A stretch of 56,495 nucleotides of DNA, counting the filler, from Bipalium vagum (Eukaryota): assembly GCA_037834085.1 (NCBI GenBank). It is 3 parts of 3 records of this genome, joined end to end, with 100 filler letters (N's around TTAATTAATTAA, not from the genome) between each part and the next. Parts side by side here need not be neighbours in the genome. Positions count along the whole stretch, not along the records: positions 22,330 to 39,094 come from JBBMKC010095010.1; 2 more parts are not named here. One strand, written 5' to 3'. Below are positions 26,400-38,599 of the stretch, one piece after another. The position numbers were made by a program, and so were the translations under genes. The stretch's first letter is position 1; the number at the start of each line of letters is the position of its first letter. The notes under the pieces were generated by a model that ran no database searches, was not told the DNA's origin, and worked only from the letters and a program-made list of their open reading frames with translations.

Positions 26400-27320
26400 A
26401 CTGTTAGAAATATATTTAGATTTGTTTAAAATTATCTGTTACTCTGAAAATCTCCCATTCATGAATGTCGAGAATTTAAATTATGCCAAAATATTTATGA
26501 ATCTCTTGTAATTTATGAAGGGACTGTACATGATGATAACTGTACATTATCGACGAATACGGGTGACAGAATTTTGTTTTGCCAAAGTCATTTTGATTGG
26601 TTAGGCTTGGCAATTTTTGCATGAAGATATAAAGCTGATAAAAAAATGGTGCCGCATTTGATAAAAATCGATAAAAAGTCCATTTCTTTGCGACTTTTAC
26701 AATCATGTCTGGATCTATTTAATCATAATAAAATTGGTTTTATGCACCGTTTAGATAGTATCGTTAAAACCTGGATCCATCTCTGTTCTCCAGAGACAAA
26801 AACACAATCCACATACTGGATGAGATGCATAAAAGAAAGTCAGTAGAAGAATTTGGCATTTGTATTTAGGTTGCATAAGAAATTTAGTTACAAGGATACC
26901 TTAAGATAGCAAAAACAATCAGCTCCCGTATTACGTAACCCTATTGGACCAATTGGATGACAGAATTGGTGAAAAATGACCTGCTGGCAAAAGTTATTTT
27001 GACCATGGCAAAATTAAATAAAGACAAGTGGTTGAAAATCCATCTTATCCAAACATATTGGCACCACCAGACTTTTACTTTTCCCAAATCTGAAAAATTC
27101 CTAACCCTAAAACCATTTTCGTGAAGCAATCAAGAAGCAATTTGTACTCTCGGTATTGTGCAAAGCTCGAAAAACGTCATTACAATCACGGTATCTAATT
27201 ACTAGTAAAACATTTTCGCTGAACTAAAAGGAAATCATGGAGAAAAATATTATTTTTGATTTGTGAAGAATAAACACTGGTTTATTTTTTCATTGCCAAA
27301 CCTTTTCAAACCACCTCCAT
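26400..27320 (+). mobile_element. mariner element, disrupted
   Basis: VPHL, FMHRLDSIVKTWIHLCSPETKTQSTYW (DETWIH..PETK-like) and LAPPDFY...PNLKK; TIR-like end ~27295-27320. Confidence 0.8.
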
Positions 27321-27404
27321 CTCGGCAAACGCTGGCCGTCAACAGTGGGTTCTTTTTAAATTCATGTCATAAAAAAAGAAGCACATTTGGTAATAATTTT
27401 TATT

Positions 27405-28886
27405 TCACAACAAAAAAGGAAACCTCTTGTATCTCCTATACGATTTTTGTTTGGAGACTAAAACCCTTCGCATGAGCTCTTTCGCAGCGTTCTGCAGGAG
27501 CGGGAACAGGCGGGCTTTTTTACAAATATTTCTCAATTTCACTTGGTGCACAACTTTCTCCCTCTCAGCTATCTTGCCCCAGTTGCTCAGCATCGGATAA
27601 AGGAGAACTATTTGCTTTGCCGACCAAGCCAATTTTTTGATTTCGGGTTTGCAGGACAAATTGAATCCGTTCAGTTTTCCGAGGAAGATGTATTTGCATC
27701 TGAATACAATGTCCAAGGTGGTGAGCTTCATATAATCTTCACTTGTCTTTTCGGAATCTTCAATTCTCAATTTTGAATCCAATAGATACGACATTGAACG
27801 AAGTCCATGATTTACAAAGGTCGTCAGAAATTGCTCTACGGTCTTCTCAAAATCGACTCCTACATCGTCCCAGTCCCCTGTCTTTTCTAAACGGGCGTCC
27901 TCACAGCACCTGAAGAAGCAGGTTTCTTTTTTTATCCTATATGTACTTGAGCAGGCCGAACATACCCCCCTGGAACAGGACCGACAACAAGTTTTGCTTG
28001 TCAGTCTCAAATCTGTTTGACAAAGCTCACATTCGTTGGGCTGATGTTTAAAGACCTGTTGATACTGGTCTGAGCTGTACCTGTCAATGACTTGAATCAG
28101 AAAGGACTTGACTATTGTGAAGACCTCATCCAGCATCGTCATTCGTAAGTCGATTCTTTTGATTTGCTTTGAAGCTTCATTTAAAAATAAATCCGAGTCG
28201 ATCTCATTTAGAGAGTAAGAGAAACCCAAATCTTGAATTATCCATATTTGATCTGATATCTTTGACAAAACTTCGATCTGTTTAGATAATTCGTTAATGG
28301 AAAACGCTCTCAGAATCTCTTTCATTTTTGATCTAGTAGTCCCGTCCTGAATCTCAACACTATAATTAGACTTATAGTTTTTGAGTATCATGCGTCTGTC
28401 TTCCTTCAGTCTTATTTCATGAGACATGGATTCAAAAGATAGTTCTGAATTCTTGTCTTCCCAATCGTCAAACATCTCATATTCCATCCCGACCCTTGTC
28501 CATTTATGAAAGATGTTACACATGGCCGCCACATGCTCACTCAAAACTGATTTTGTTTTACTCCTGTAATGATCGCGAATCGTCAAGCAAATATTCAATT
28601 TCTTGATATCGTATTCGCCAATTGCAATGTTTTCTTCTTTTTTCTTACAAAGCTTGTAATGATCAATAAACTTTTCACAACTTTGGTGCCGAACCAAAGC
28701 CCCGTTGACACAGTAAGAAATGATGGTCACTATGGGCAATCTGTCAAATGGACACGTTTCATTGATCAATATCCACGACTTGATGCATTTGCAACAAAAC
28801 GAATGGCCACAACCTTCAATAGTTGCCGATTTTTTAAACACTGTCGTTTCAAAGCAAATGTTACATTCAATTCTCTCGTTTTTCAT
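27405..28886 (-). CDS. Intronless 493-aa RING-finger protein (putative E3 ubiquitin ligase) with a second degenerate RING-like domain
   Basis: Intact ATG-to-TGA ORF, visibly more GC-rich than its flanks. N-terminal CNIC-x14-CGHSFCCKC-x3-W-x6-CPFDR; second Cys cluster at aa 286-328. AATAAA immediately after the stop. Confidence 0.88.
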   Translation of the reverse strand: MKNERIECNICFETTVFKKSATIEGCGHSFCCKCIKSWILINETCPFDRLPIVTIISYCVNGALVRHQSCEKFIDHYKLCKKKEENIAIGEYDIKKLNICLTIRDHYRSKTKSVLSEHVAAMCNIFHKWTRVGMEYEMFDDWEDKNSELSFESMSHEIRLKEDRRMILKNYKSNYSVEIQDGTTRSKMKEILRAFSINELSKQIEVLSKISDQIWIIQDLGFSYSLNEIDSDLFLNEASKQIKRIDLRMTMLDEVFTIVKSFLIQVIDRYSSDQYQQVFKHQPNECELCQTDLRLTSKTCCRSCSRGVCSACSSTYRIKKETCFFRCCEDARLEKTGDWDDVGVDFEKTVEQFLTTFVNHGLRSMSYLLDSKLRIEDSEKTSEDYMKLTTLDIVFRCKYIFLGKLNGFNLSCKPEIKKLAWSAKQIVLLYPMLSNWGKIAEREKVVHQVKLRNICKKARLFPLLQNAAKELMRRVLVSKQKSYRRYKRFPFLL

Positions 28887-29109
28887 TGGCAGATTTGTGA
28901 TTAGTAATAATTTAAAGTTAAACTTGCGATATTCGTAATAAAATTAAATGATTTAAACAAATTTTGAAATTTTAAAAGATTAAAATTTCCTCATCACTTT
29001 TTTAAGAAAAAGCTCATAAAAATATGATCAAAATATTTTTTTAAAAAAATTTAAATAATAAAAACTTTATTAAAAAAATTATTAAAAATGTAATTAATAA
29101 AATAAAACA

Positions 29110-29760
29110 GCAGGGTAATTCAAAATGTCTGAGCAAAATTAAAATCCAGGATTTGTAGTGTTATAATAAATTGATTTTGTTTATTTAATCTATTGACGTC
29201 ATTCTTAAGTCTGTACATTTTAAATTGCAGAATGTCAGATCACAGAAAATAAATTTCTTCGCCTTTTCATAATGGAAAACAGGAACGAGAAATATCAAAT
29301 TTTTAAAATGTTCCAAAATTAGCTGTACATTCTCTTAAAAAACGTATTAAAGAAAAAAGGTATCAATGAATGAAAATTTGGACATGGACGGTCAAAAATG
29401 GCAAGAACACCACCTGACAAGTATAAAATTAAGATAAAAACCTAAAGAAATCCGTGTTCCCTAAAGACCTTGACGACAAAGATCGTGAAACCCATTGTGA
29501 TATCAGTCAGATCAGCGCAAAGCATTCTTAAAAAATACCTTGGAATAAACTCTAGAAAGATGGTAAAGTGAAAGCTTCTGAAAGACTTTGTGATGGAAAA
29601 ACGTCTGGAGAGGTGCATGAAATTGTTGAAAAGATGAATAAATATATATAAAAATATATTTTCATTCTTTGAATCATGATCAGGGGCACGACCCTTATGA
29701 CCTTTTATTCGAGGAAAAATATCATAAAAACATGACACAAATTTTCGTCAAAAGACGATC
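29110..29760 (+). mobile_element. Tc1-like 5' remnant (TIR-like end and HTH region)
   Basis: CAGGGTAATTCAAAATG terminus-like sequence; NGKQEREISNF..VPKLAVHSLKKRIKEKG..GHGRSKMARTP..RNP. Confidence 0.6.
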
Positions 29761-29996
29761 AAAATTTTCACTGATTGAAAAAATTCTTTTGTTTTCAAGG
29801 TTAATTATTTTTTTAAAAAATATTTGATTTTTTAAAAATATTAAAATTATGACTTTAATGAAATATTTATTTTTTTTTATTTCCAACCGATTGTAAAAGA
29901 AAAGTTGAATTTAATTTTAGAAAAAATCCTTTGGACATATTTTTTAATTTTTTTCACTCAAAAATATAAAAGAAAATTTATGAAATGAACGAATGT

Positions 29997-30490
29997 TTTT
30001 TGTGATTTTATTTTCTTTTAATAAATTTTTTTTTATTAATAAAGATTTTATTATTTTTTTTATTGTTTCAACAGTAAAAGTTATTTACAATTTATCAATG
30101 ATAATAATGTATTGAATAATAACTAAAATTAAATAAAAAATTATTTAAAAAAGAAAATTAAATAAAATATTATTTAAAAATGAAAATTAAATAAAATATT
30201 AATTTATTAAAATAATAAATCAAAATTGTAAATAACTGAACAATTATTTTGTGATTTTATATTTTTTTTTTAAAAAATTTTTTTTATCAATAAAAATTTC
30301 ATTAATGTTTTTCTTTGTTTCAAATTCAAATATTATTTACAATTTATGAATGATAATTATTATTATAATATATAAAATATAATAAGAAATAAGAAAAAAA
30401 ATAAAAAATAATTTAAAAAATAAAATTAAATAAAATATTATTTTAAAACAATAATAAATCTAAATTTTGAAAATTGTTTTTTATTTAAAT
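29997..30490. repeat. Diverged tandem duplication of a ~250-bp, almost pure A/T unit
   Basis: TGTGATTTTA at 30001 and 30250; TTATTTACAATTTAT and AAATTAAATAAAATATTA recur at a similar offset. Confidence 0.75.
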
Positions 30491-31627
30491 TTTTTTTAAT
30501 TGTTTAATATTTTTATTTATTGATATTTAAATTTTAAAAATAAGAAATATTTTACTAAGACCAAATATAAATAAAATAATATTTATGAAAAAATTAATAA
30601 ACCTAATAATAATTAAGTCTTATTTTAATAAGTAATATAAAGTAAAATTTTGATTCACTAAAAATATTCAATTATTATTATTTTTTAAAAATATAAATTA
30701 AAAAAAATTTTTTAGTGTTTTAATGGATAAGTTTCTTTTTTTAGCTTTTAATGATTTGTTCTTTTTAATACATTTTTATTTTAAATTTAATATTAATTAA
30801 TTTTTCATTTGATTTTAATATTAAATTTGTTTTAATAGTCCGATAGATAATCTCGATTTTCTTTAACCAATTTTAATAATAAAAATAAATATTTTTTAAT
30901 TATTAAACAATGAATAATAATATATATTTTATTATATTATAAAGTCGTCGCTCTTTATACTACTGGCTTCATTAAGTAGCTTAATGTTTAAATATTTTTC
31001 GAGTTATTTGATAAATATATATGAAATCTATACAAGTGACCGACAAAATATTGAATAAAGATCACATACAACACTGTTCGCCGACATTTAAATAAGATAA
31101 GTAAAGAAGATAGGCATAAAAATGGGCTGTTTCACTTTGCAGAATGTTCATTTCGAAACACGAAAGTGAGGACTTCCTGAATCGTGTGATAACTGGTGAC
31201 GAGAAATGAGTTATTATCTACTACTCCAGTCACAAAGGGAATGGCTTACATATTCCAGGGTCCTTACCAAATATTCTTTGGAAAGGCTATTGTTAGGTGT
31301 TTGGTGGTACGCCCGGGGTATATTAAGATAGATATTTGTTCTTATATTGCTTTGCGGGTGTTCCTTTCAGAAATTTTTGTAAAGGGTGGCACATTCCTAT
31401 TTTCTCACTTGAATTTTGTTTCTTTACAATATTTCAGTCCTCCTTATCCTCCAGAGAATATTAACATCCATTTGTAAATAATATATTTTTATTTCGAAAA
31501 TTATTTTCTTCACCAAAAATGTAAAAGGACATTTTTGTAATTTGAAAATGAGAGTTCATTCAAACAAATTAAAATTATATAATTATAAAAAGTTTGACTT
31601 GTTTTAATCGTACAATTATTACAAAAA

Positions 31628-31776
31628 TGTTGACCGTTTTAATCCGACTAGAAAGGATATTTCTTGTATGCTTTCCTTTCACAGAGGAAGCCAATGGCGA
31701 AGGAAATCCGGGATTGTTGCCAATGTTTAATTAAATTAATTAGAAAATTAATATGATTAAAATTAACAAATTAATA

Positions 31777-31827
<51 letters not shown>
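31628..31827 (+). repeat. (AAT)n microsatellite preceded by a TGTTG...AATCCGA segment (possible truncated LTR 5' end)
   Basis: (AAT)n at ~31775-31827; TGTTGACCGTTTTAATCCGAC at 31628 resembles the start of LTR copy C. Confidence 0.5.
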
Positions 31828-32013
31828 TGTTATGAATTTAAATTCTTTATATTCTAGAGTTTCCTTTTTTTACATAAGACAAAATCACAAAATGTTTTTT
31901 ATTATTTTTATTACAATAAAATGGAATCACTAATTAAGATCAAATTTGTCAAAACTATCAATTGTCAGTTCCTTTTGAGTCTCCACAGTTGTCTAAATAA
32001 ATATTAAGTATAA

Positions 32014-33358
32014 TGTGCTTTATTATGCTTTAATTAAATTTACTTACCTTTTGACTTTTGTCAATAACGTATTGAATCAAAACGACCACAATAAAACTTT
32101 TTTTACAACACAGATACACAATGATGATTACACAAGAAATCAATCTAATTAAATTAAATATATTCAATATTTAGTGTATCGACTTTAAACGAATTCCAGT
32201 TCTTAGGTGGTGCAAAATAGCAACAATCAGTAAAGCAATAATTATATTTATATCACAATGGCACACACAATATACAATAATAAAAAAATCGTCAAACTCA
32301 ATAAAGGAATCACTAAAAACAATAACGTCTCGAATATCTATAATATCTCGTAAAATATCTAAAATATCAGTCAACAAAATCAATCAATTAAAACAAAATA
32401 CTTATTAAATTTAACGATTAATTTAAAAAATGAATAAATTAAAACAAAAATTAAACTTAAATAATAATTATCAATTAATATTAATAATAAAGAACGTTAA
32501 AGAAAAATAATATAGAAAAACAAGATTTGTCTTACAGTTTAGCTTTGTTTAACCTTCTCGAACTACAGTTGTATCAGTTGAGCCTTTACAGTTTCTCAGA
32601 GATACTCCTCTTGTGGGAAATATAAACATAATCCTAAAGAAAAGGAAAATATTGTAAATATACTTGTGATAATTTGTGATAACGTGAAATCTGCTTTTTC
32701 AAAAAAATAATCTGCGCAATAATCAAATTTGGAATCTCCTTTTCGAACTGTAAATGATAAGCTTCCTAACAACTGTAATTAAAATGACTTTCTTGCCAGC
32801 TTTTAAGGTTGGAATTGTGAGGAAATGCTTCTCTTTATACAATGATTTTTAGCTAATCAGTTTGCAGACGAGCACCATCCAAATTCCCAAATATGCTCCT
32901 TGATGATCATTTTTGGGCTGCTAATTAATTCGTTTTTCAATTTTCTCATAAAACCTTCCCTTAATTACTCTTTAAAACTTTTCGGTTTGATTTTTAATGG
33001 GTTTTAATTAGGCTAAAAAAGGGAAAGGTTTTCAAGGACTTTTTGAGGAGTTAATTAAAATTTATTACCTCCTGAATTACTTAATTAAAAATTAATTTAT
33101 ATTTTAAAGGGGTGTTTTATGGGATATCGGATTTATTTAAGGGTTTGTTGGGGTGCCTTTGAGAAATCAATAAATCGTCCTAAATATACTGAAAATTAAA
33201 GCAATCGGTAATAGTCAAAGGAAATGATCAGATCAAGGTAAAGTATGGATCAATGGTAAATGATATAACGACGACCACTATTTAATATTAAATTATTCTA
33301 GACTTTTGAGGACTTATAATTCAAAGGTTAAAGCGATGTGCCCTCGGTTAACCCAATA
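32014..33358 (-). mobile_element. Older, diverged member of the same LTR family (copy D)
   Basis: GAATCAAAAC..CAATAAAACTTT..ACACA..CACAAT matches the U5-like part of copy A. The minus strand has TATAAAGAGAAGCATTTCCT, like TATAAAGAGACGGCTATTTCC. GGTTAACCCAATA at ~33346-33358 matches the reverse complement of the copy C start. No clean TSD. Confidence 0.6.
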
Positions 33359-34681
33359 AATATCATGAATAAAATAAATATAAAATATTTGTGATGAAAA
33401 TTGTATATTAATGAGTGAGGTAGAAGTCTTTTGAAGAGTCAATCTTAGCTTTAGGATGGCCTTAAATGAACAAACCCAGTTGGCCAAGTTTGATGTGCTT
33501 TTAGGGATAAAGAAATACAATATAAAGGTATGAAGACTAATCGCGGTCATACTTTCGAGAGTAGATCTATTGGGAATAGTCCACTGAAGACAATCCAAAG
33601 ACACCAATCATCTCAACAATCAGACACGGATTATTTTTATCATTCTGTTGACATTTGTTATGACAGACAGGGACAAATTACATTTTTTTCATTATTTCCC
33701 TTTGCTTTATCGTTGATTCTTTTAATAATACCTTAATTTATAATCATGTACACAGCGTTACCGTCTTTTACTTCCCATGTTATTCTTATTTGATAACAGT
33801 AATGGATTAACTGTACTTAAAATATTGTAAACACTCACAAAAATGGTGCATGTCGTTAAACATACCTTCAAATTCGCGGCTTTCAAATTAAATTAACTCG
33901 TTTAAACAAATGTAAATGAACACCAATTAAACTGAAACTGTTGTCAAGTATTAAAATCAAATGAAAATTCTCGCATAGCTCAAAATGTAGATTCGCGTAA
34001 TACTGGAACATTTTTTGTTAAAATATTTAAGCTTATTTCACACACCGTTTGACATTTGACAAAGAAAAACTGCACGTGCTGCAACCAAATCAGAGTAGCT
34101 GACTGGACAACCATTATTTGTAAGTAATTCTTGAGTCTATTTCAATGTCAGGGTACTGTACGTCTCATTACTAATTGACCAACCCTTTAAAAGAATAATT
34201 CGCGAATCAAAACTGTTTATTAACCTTACAAGATAACAACACGATGTCGATCGTTTTCGAAAGATACACTTCAGTCCATATTTGCTTCTGGAAAGATAAC
34301 GTTGATATTTGATCTTGAGAAATTAAAGTCACTGATGTTGATCGATTTTGGAAACGTAAGTCAAACGTGAACTTGGGCTGTGAAAGATTTTGTGAAGGCG
34401 AAGAGGCAAAATTGAAAGGAGCAGTCAAATTTTATCTCGCTCATAAAACGCTAACTTATTAGGGAGACATTTGGCAATTGTCCCGTGTGTTAGAAGGACA
34501 TTGTCAGGTTTTGAACTACTCTAGTAGACCCAGAGAACCTTAACCGAGGTCAACACAAGGTGATGCAGTCTTTTTCTGACCTTGTGCTCTATGTCATTCA
34601 GTTCGTATTGATTCATTTAAGAATTATATCGATTCAGTTTCATTTCAATTTGTATACTGTTGTTGTCCATCGAACATTACA

Positions 34682-35238
34682 CAGGGTGTCTCAAAAAATG
34701 TATACGCACTTGAAATAATTATAAATCGGAAGTTTAATGAAATGCAGTTTATTTCAAAAATTGAATACGATCTACCAGCAGAATCTTCTGAGATTCCTAG
34801 CTCAAGACTTGCTTGTCTTACAGATGTTTGTGGGTTTCGATTAACAATCCCAGTGTTCTTTCTCTTTTGTGGTACTTGTCGATATTCTCCGTCTTCCAGA
34901 ACGGCTCTTATTGATATTATCAATAGCTCCGTTTTTTTCGAATTTATCCTTTTTTCGACTGATTGTCAGTCTTGTTGGAGGATCTGTCTGAAATTCTTTC
35001 TTGAACAGGCTCTACAAATCTTATATGTTTTCTAACTTGAAATAATTTTTGATAATAAATTTTCGCTGCTTTAAGTTCAATCTACCTCTAATGATTCAAC
35101 CTTTAAAAATAAATTTATAGGTTTACAATAGCGCTAATCAATTACCAGTTATTGGAGTATTTAAACAAACTATAAAACAATTAATAAAGGACTTAACGAT
35201 TTATGTTTAAAGTGTGTATACATTTTTGAGATAGCCTG
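34682..35238 (-). mobile_element. Internally deleted Tc1/mariner element (557 bp) with both TIRs
   Basis: Left CAGGGTGTCTCAAAAAATGTATACGCACTT; right reverse complement CAGGCTATCTCAAAAATGTATACACACTT followed by TA; internal RNPQTSVRQASLELGIS. Confidence 0.85.
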
Positions 35239-36696
35239 TATTTATTAATAAACTTTGAGAATTGGGTCGATGTAATTAGGTAAATGAAAGTATTGATAGG
35301 AACCTTTGTGATATATGTAGAATCACCGGTTGTGGAGTGTATTCGGAGTGTATTCGACTTTAGTGGTGACCCTTGATACATTGTTGAGTCGATCATCTTT
35401 GTTATATATTTCACGATCGAATAAAGTTTAACATTTACGAATTTATTTCCTGCCTTACGGACTCATCAATAAAATTTGGATTCAGATAATAACGTGCTTG
35501 GTTAATATTAAAATAATAATAAAAAAACAGTGAAATAATAATTGCATTTATCATTTTTGAAATTGATAATAATAAAAATTATCATTTATTATTATTTTTC
35601 CCAACTCCTTGACACTGTCTGCGAGATTTGTGAACGCTTGAATCCATATTTAATTTTCTTCATTTTCAACCAATCAAAAGCGACTTTTATCTAAATTAAA
35701 ATGGTCCAATGATTTTCTCAATTTTTAGGAATTTTTTCTCATTTTCATAATTGGAATCATTTTTCACTTGGATTTTTCAGGTATAATTTTATTGTACTTT
35801 TATTGATTGAGGATTTTATTCATTTATTTATGTCCCGATAATAGTAATGTTGAAAAAAATGATGATAATGTATTAATACTATATATTTAACGTTCCAAAT
35901 TAGTTCAGAGTGCAATGAGGCTCATTCCTAAAGATTTTCACTTATCAAGGTTCGGATCTTTGATCCCAAATCCTGAGGGGTTTTTCGGTAAATTCGATAA
36001 GATTATGGTCGTTGGTCAAGAAACCCTTCCTGTCACAAAAGAGCTGATAAAGTTGTGAATCCAAAATGTATGGAGCATATATTTTAAATTGACACGAGAA
36101 AAGGTCTTTCTGACCTCCAAAGAAAATCCAAAGGAAATATTAAACTCACTTAATTCGATTTGATTGGTCAAAAATACAATTCTTATTAATTTAATTTTAT
36201 TATTTTCCTTTGTTTTATTTCCCTGTCTAAATACAATATGAAAATTCGGAACAGTTTTTTCATTATGATTTGTTATAATTTTATAATTATTATCAAATAT
36301 TATTGTACTATTATTATAATAATGTAAAAATATAAAATAAATAATAAAATTCGGCAATCGATCATAAGACGATCATTACCGGAGGTTCAATTGTTGATCC
36401 GATTCATGTAGTGAGTCACCAAATGCGTGGGAAGAGTTGAGCTGATCCATGTCTAGCTGTTCCCACGTATTTCTTTCTGTCTTTCAATAACCTCTGAAGG
36501 GTCTGGGATATTAAAATAATATTAAACTATTAAACTATTAGAACCATTATTAAAAACATAAAATTATATTGATTTGTCCTCTCTCTATTAACAAAATGTT
36601 ATAAAATGATTGCTTTTGTACGACATTCTTTAATCAGCATGTCTCTCAGGACTCTGAAATCGAAACCCTTCCGACCTGCTGCTGGTTATGGTTCCA

Positions 36697-36946
36697 ATGA
36701 ACAAGACCACAATTCTCATTGTCTTTTGTCTGCTGCTGAACACTGTTGTCGGTGGTAAGTTTTAATTATGTTGGAAAAGTTTATTTGACAGACAACTTTC
36801 GTCCAGTTCTTCAGAGCTACGAGGAGCAGCTGTTGAACATATTAAGAAAAAGAAACCTCAAGGTCCGTCCAAATCCGTGTCGGAACCACTGCTCAAATGC
36901 TGTCAACGTTAACATAACGTACAACGTAATTCAGATTTTGGCTTTC
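36697..36946 (+). CDS. Exons 1-2 (36697-36754, 36807-36946) of a Cys-loop ligand-gated ion channel (nAChR-like) subunit
   Basis: Spliced: MNKTTILIVFCLLLNTVVG|VLQSYEEQLLNILRKRNLKVRPNPCRNHCSNAVNVNITYNVIQILAF|. Signal peptide, EExLL helix, VRP, and the VNV..QIL beta-1 strand. 52-nt GTAAGT..CCAG phase-1 intron, then a phase-0 GTAAGT donor at the junction typical of nAChR genes. Confidence 0.8.
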
Positions 36947-37299
36947 GTAAGTTTGGACATTTTCGGTTTCAGTGAACACTGTCACTCCTTTCTCTCTAAA
37001 TAAGCGCTTTAATTATTGTTTCCGAGGTTTCACTGAAGCAACGTGACCGCAGGGGGCAAAGTTAAAGAGTCCAATATTTTACAATGGTTTTTTTGTTATG
37101 CTTTCGCTGGGCGTCCTGGTCAGAAAACTGTACAATGTATTTTTCCCAGTCTTCTTTTAAAACGACTATTGATCGCCCATTAAGAAAATTTTACAAAAAT
37201 AGAAAAAAATGGTATAGAGATGATGCGCGATCTCGACTAAGCATGAGATTCATCAGAACTTCCCAGTCAACCTCTTTCAATTTTTGGTGCGTTTTTAAA

Positions 37300-37590
37300 G
37301 AATAGAGTCATGATTACTCAATTGTTTCTCATTGGTTGAATAATTCAGACCAGATTGTTTGCATTGCTTGATTTCATCATTCTAGTTGCTGAATATAGAA
37401 TATAGAAACCATTGTTTGACCAGGTTTCAGCATCTTTTAATGTATTAATCCTTTCAATTCTAAGACACAATATATATTACCTTTTTTGAAGACAAACTTG
37501 GATTTCCAATGATTTGATGACCTTCATCTTTCTTGGATCACGACATTTTCTCACATTTTTATCAAATGTGATCCACTTTTCATCTGGAAA
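37300..37590 (-). mobile_element. mariner catalytic-domain remnant
   Basis: DEKWITFDKNVRK...KKV...LIH*KMLKPGQTMVSIFYIQQL. Confidence 0.7.
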
Positions 37591-38599
37591 AAATCAGAAA
37601 TCGATGGATTATTGATGTATTTTTAAATTGATTCTTTGTTTGATTTAATTTAAGAAAATATTGAATAAAAGTAAAAATGTTCATTTATTTTTCAATTTTT
37701 TAATTAAATAAATTTGGCTCGATCCAATAATAATGAAGAAAACAGTAAGCAATCATCAATGTTGTTCAGTCAGAAAGGAAGGAAATGTGCGAATGAAGAT
37801 GGTTGCCTCTCTGCGATATCGCCAAAATCGATAATGGCAAAGAAGAAATATTTTTGAGTCATGGGTCTTAAAAGAAATGAACTCGTGAAATGGACCAAGC
37901 CGAAATCAATGATGATTAATGTTTTCTTAAAATCAATAATAAATCGATTTAATGAAAAATTAAATAAAGTTTGAAGAGAGACTTTAATTTTGACAAAATA
38001 TTACTTTTTTCTAATATAAAATGTGTAAAAACTCACTCATTTCATTCCACATTTTGATTTCAACTCGGGGCCCTCTTCTTTTGCGATGGGTGTTTTAGTC
38101 AGAGGGATTTTAAGCTTCTTCTTATTCGCCTGAGAAACAGTTCAATTGTGCCATCATTGCAAAGTATTCCGTAGACAGGCACAAATTGGAAAAAGTTATC
38201 GGTACCGACTTTTTCCATCACTGCCCACAACACTTTGAAAACATGTTATAACACCGAAGTTGAGTTACTATTAATAGAAACAATGGTGAGACTCTTTCGG
38301 TTGGCTTTTCGATTACCTTAATAGACTGAATATAACACTGTGTGGGTTACCGAGCTCCAAAATTAGTATAGGTTCTGAAGGTAACGAAGAGTTCAACCCT
38401 ATAAATGCAAAGACGTCCGCTTTTACTACCGCGTGTTTTAGATTGTATCAACAGAAATTTCTTTCCAATTTCATCTTAATTCGCTTTTTTTCTTCGAATC
38501 CACCGGGAAGTGAAGTGTTGGGACAAATAATTAATAATTAATCTGTTGAGTCAAATCTGCTGCCTGAGCAAGGCAAGTCTAGCAGAGCGAGCATCTCAC

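Noticed and set aside
27543-28938. Plus-strand ORFs overlapping the RING gene (similar antisense ORFs overlap the Tc1 and Gypsy elements)
   Set aside because: Antisense shadows of real coding sequence with no recognisable motifs.
34250-34365. LMLIDFGN followed by GTAAGT, suggesting a kinase exon
   Set aside because: No HRD-x-K-x-x-N motif at the right distance and no other kinase exons found.
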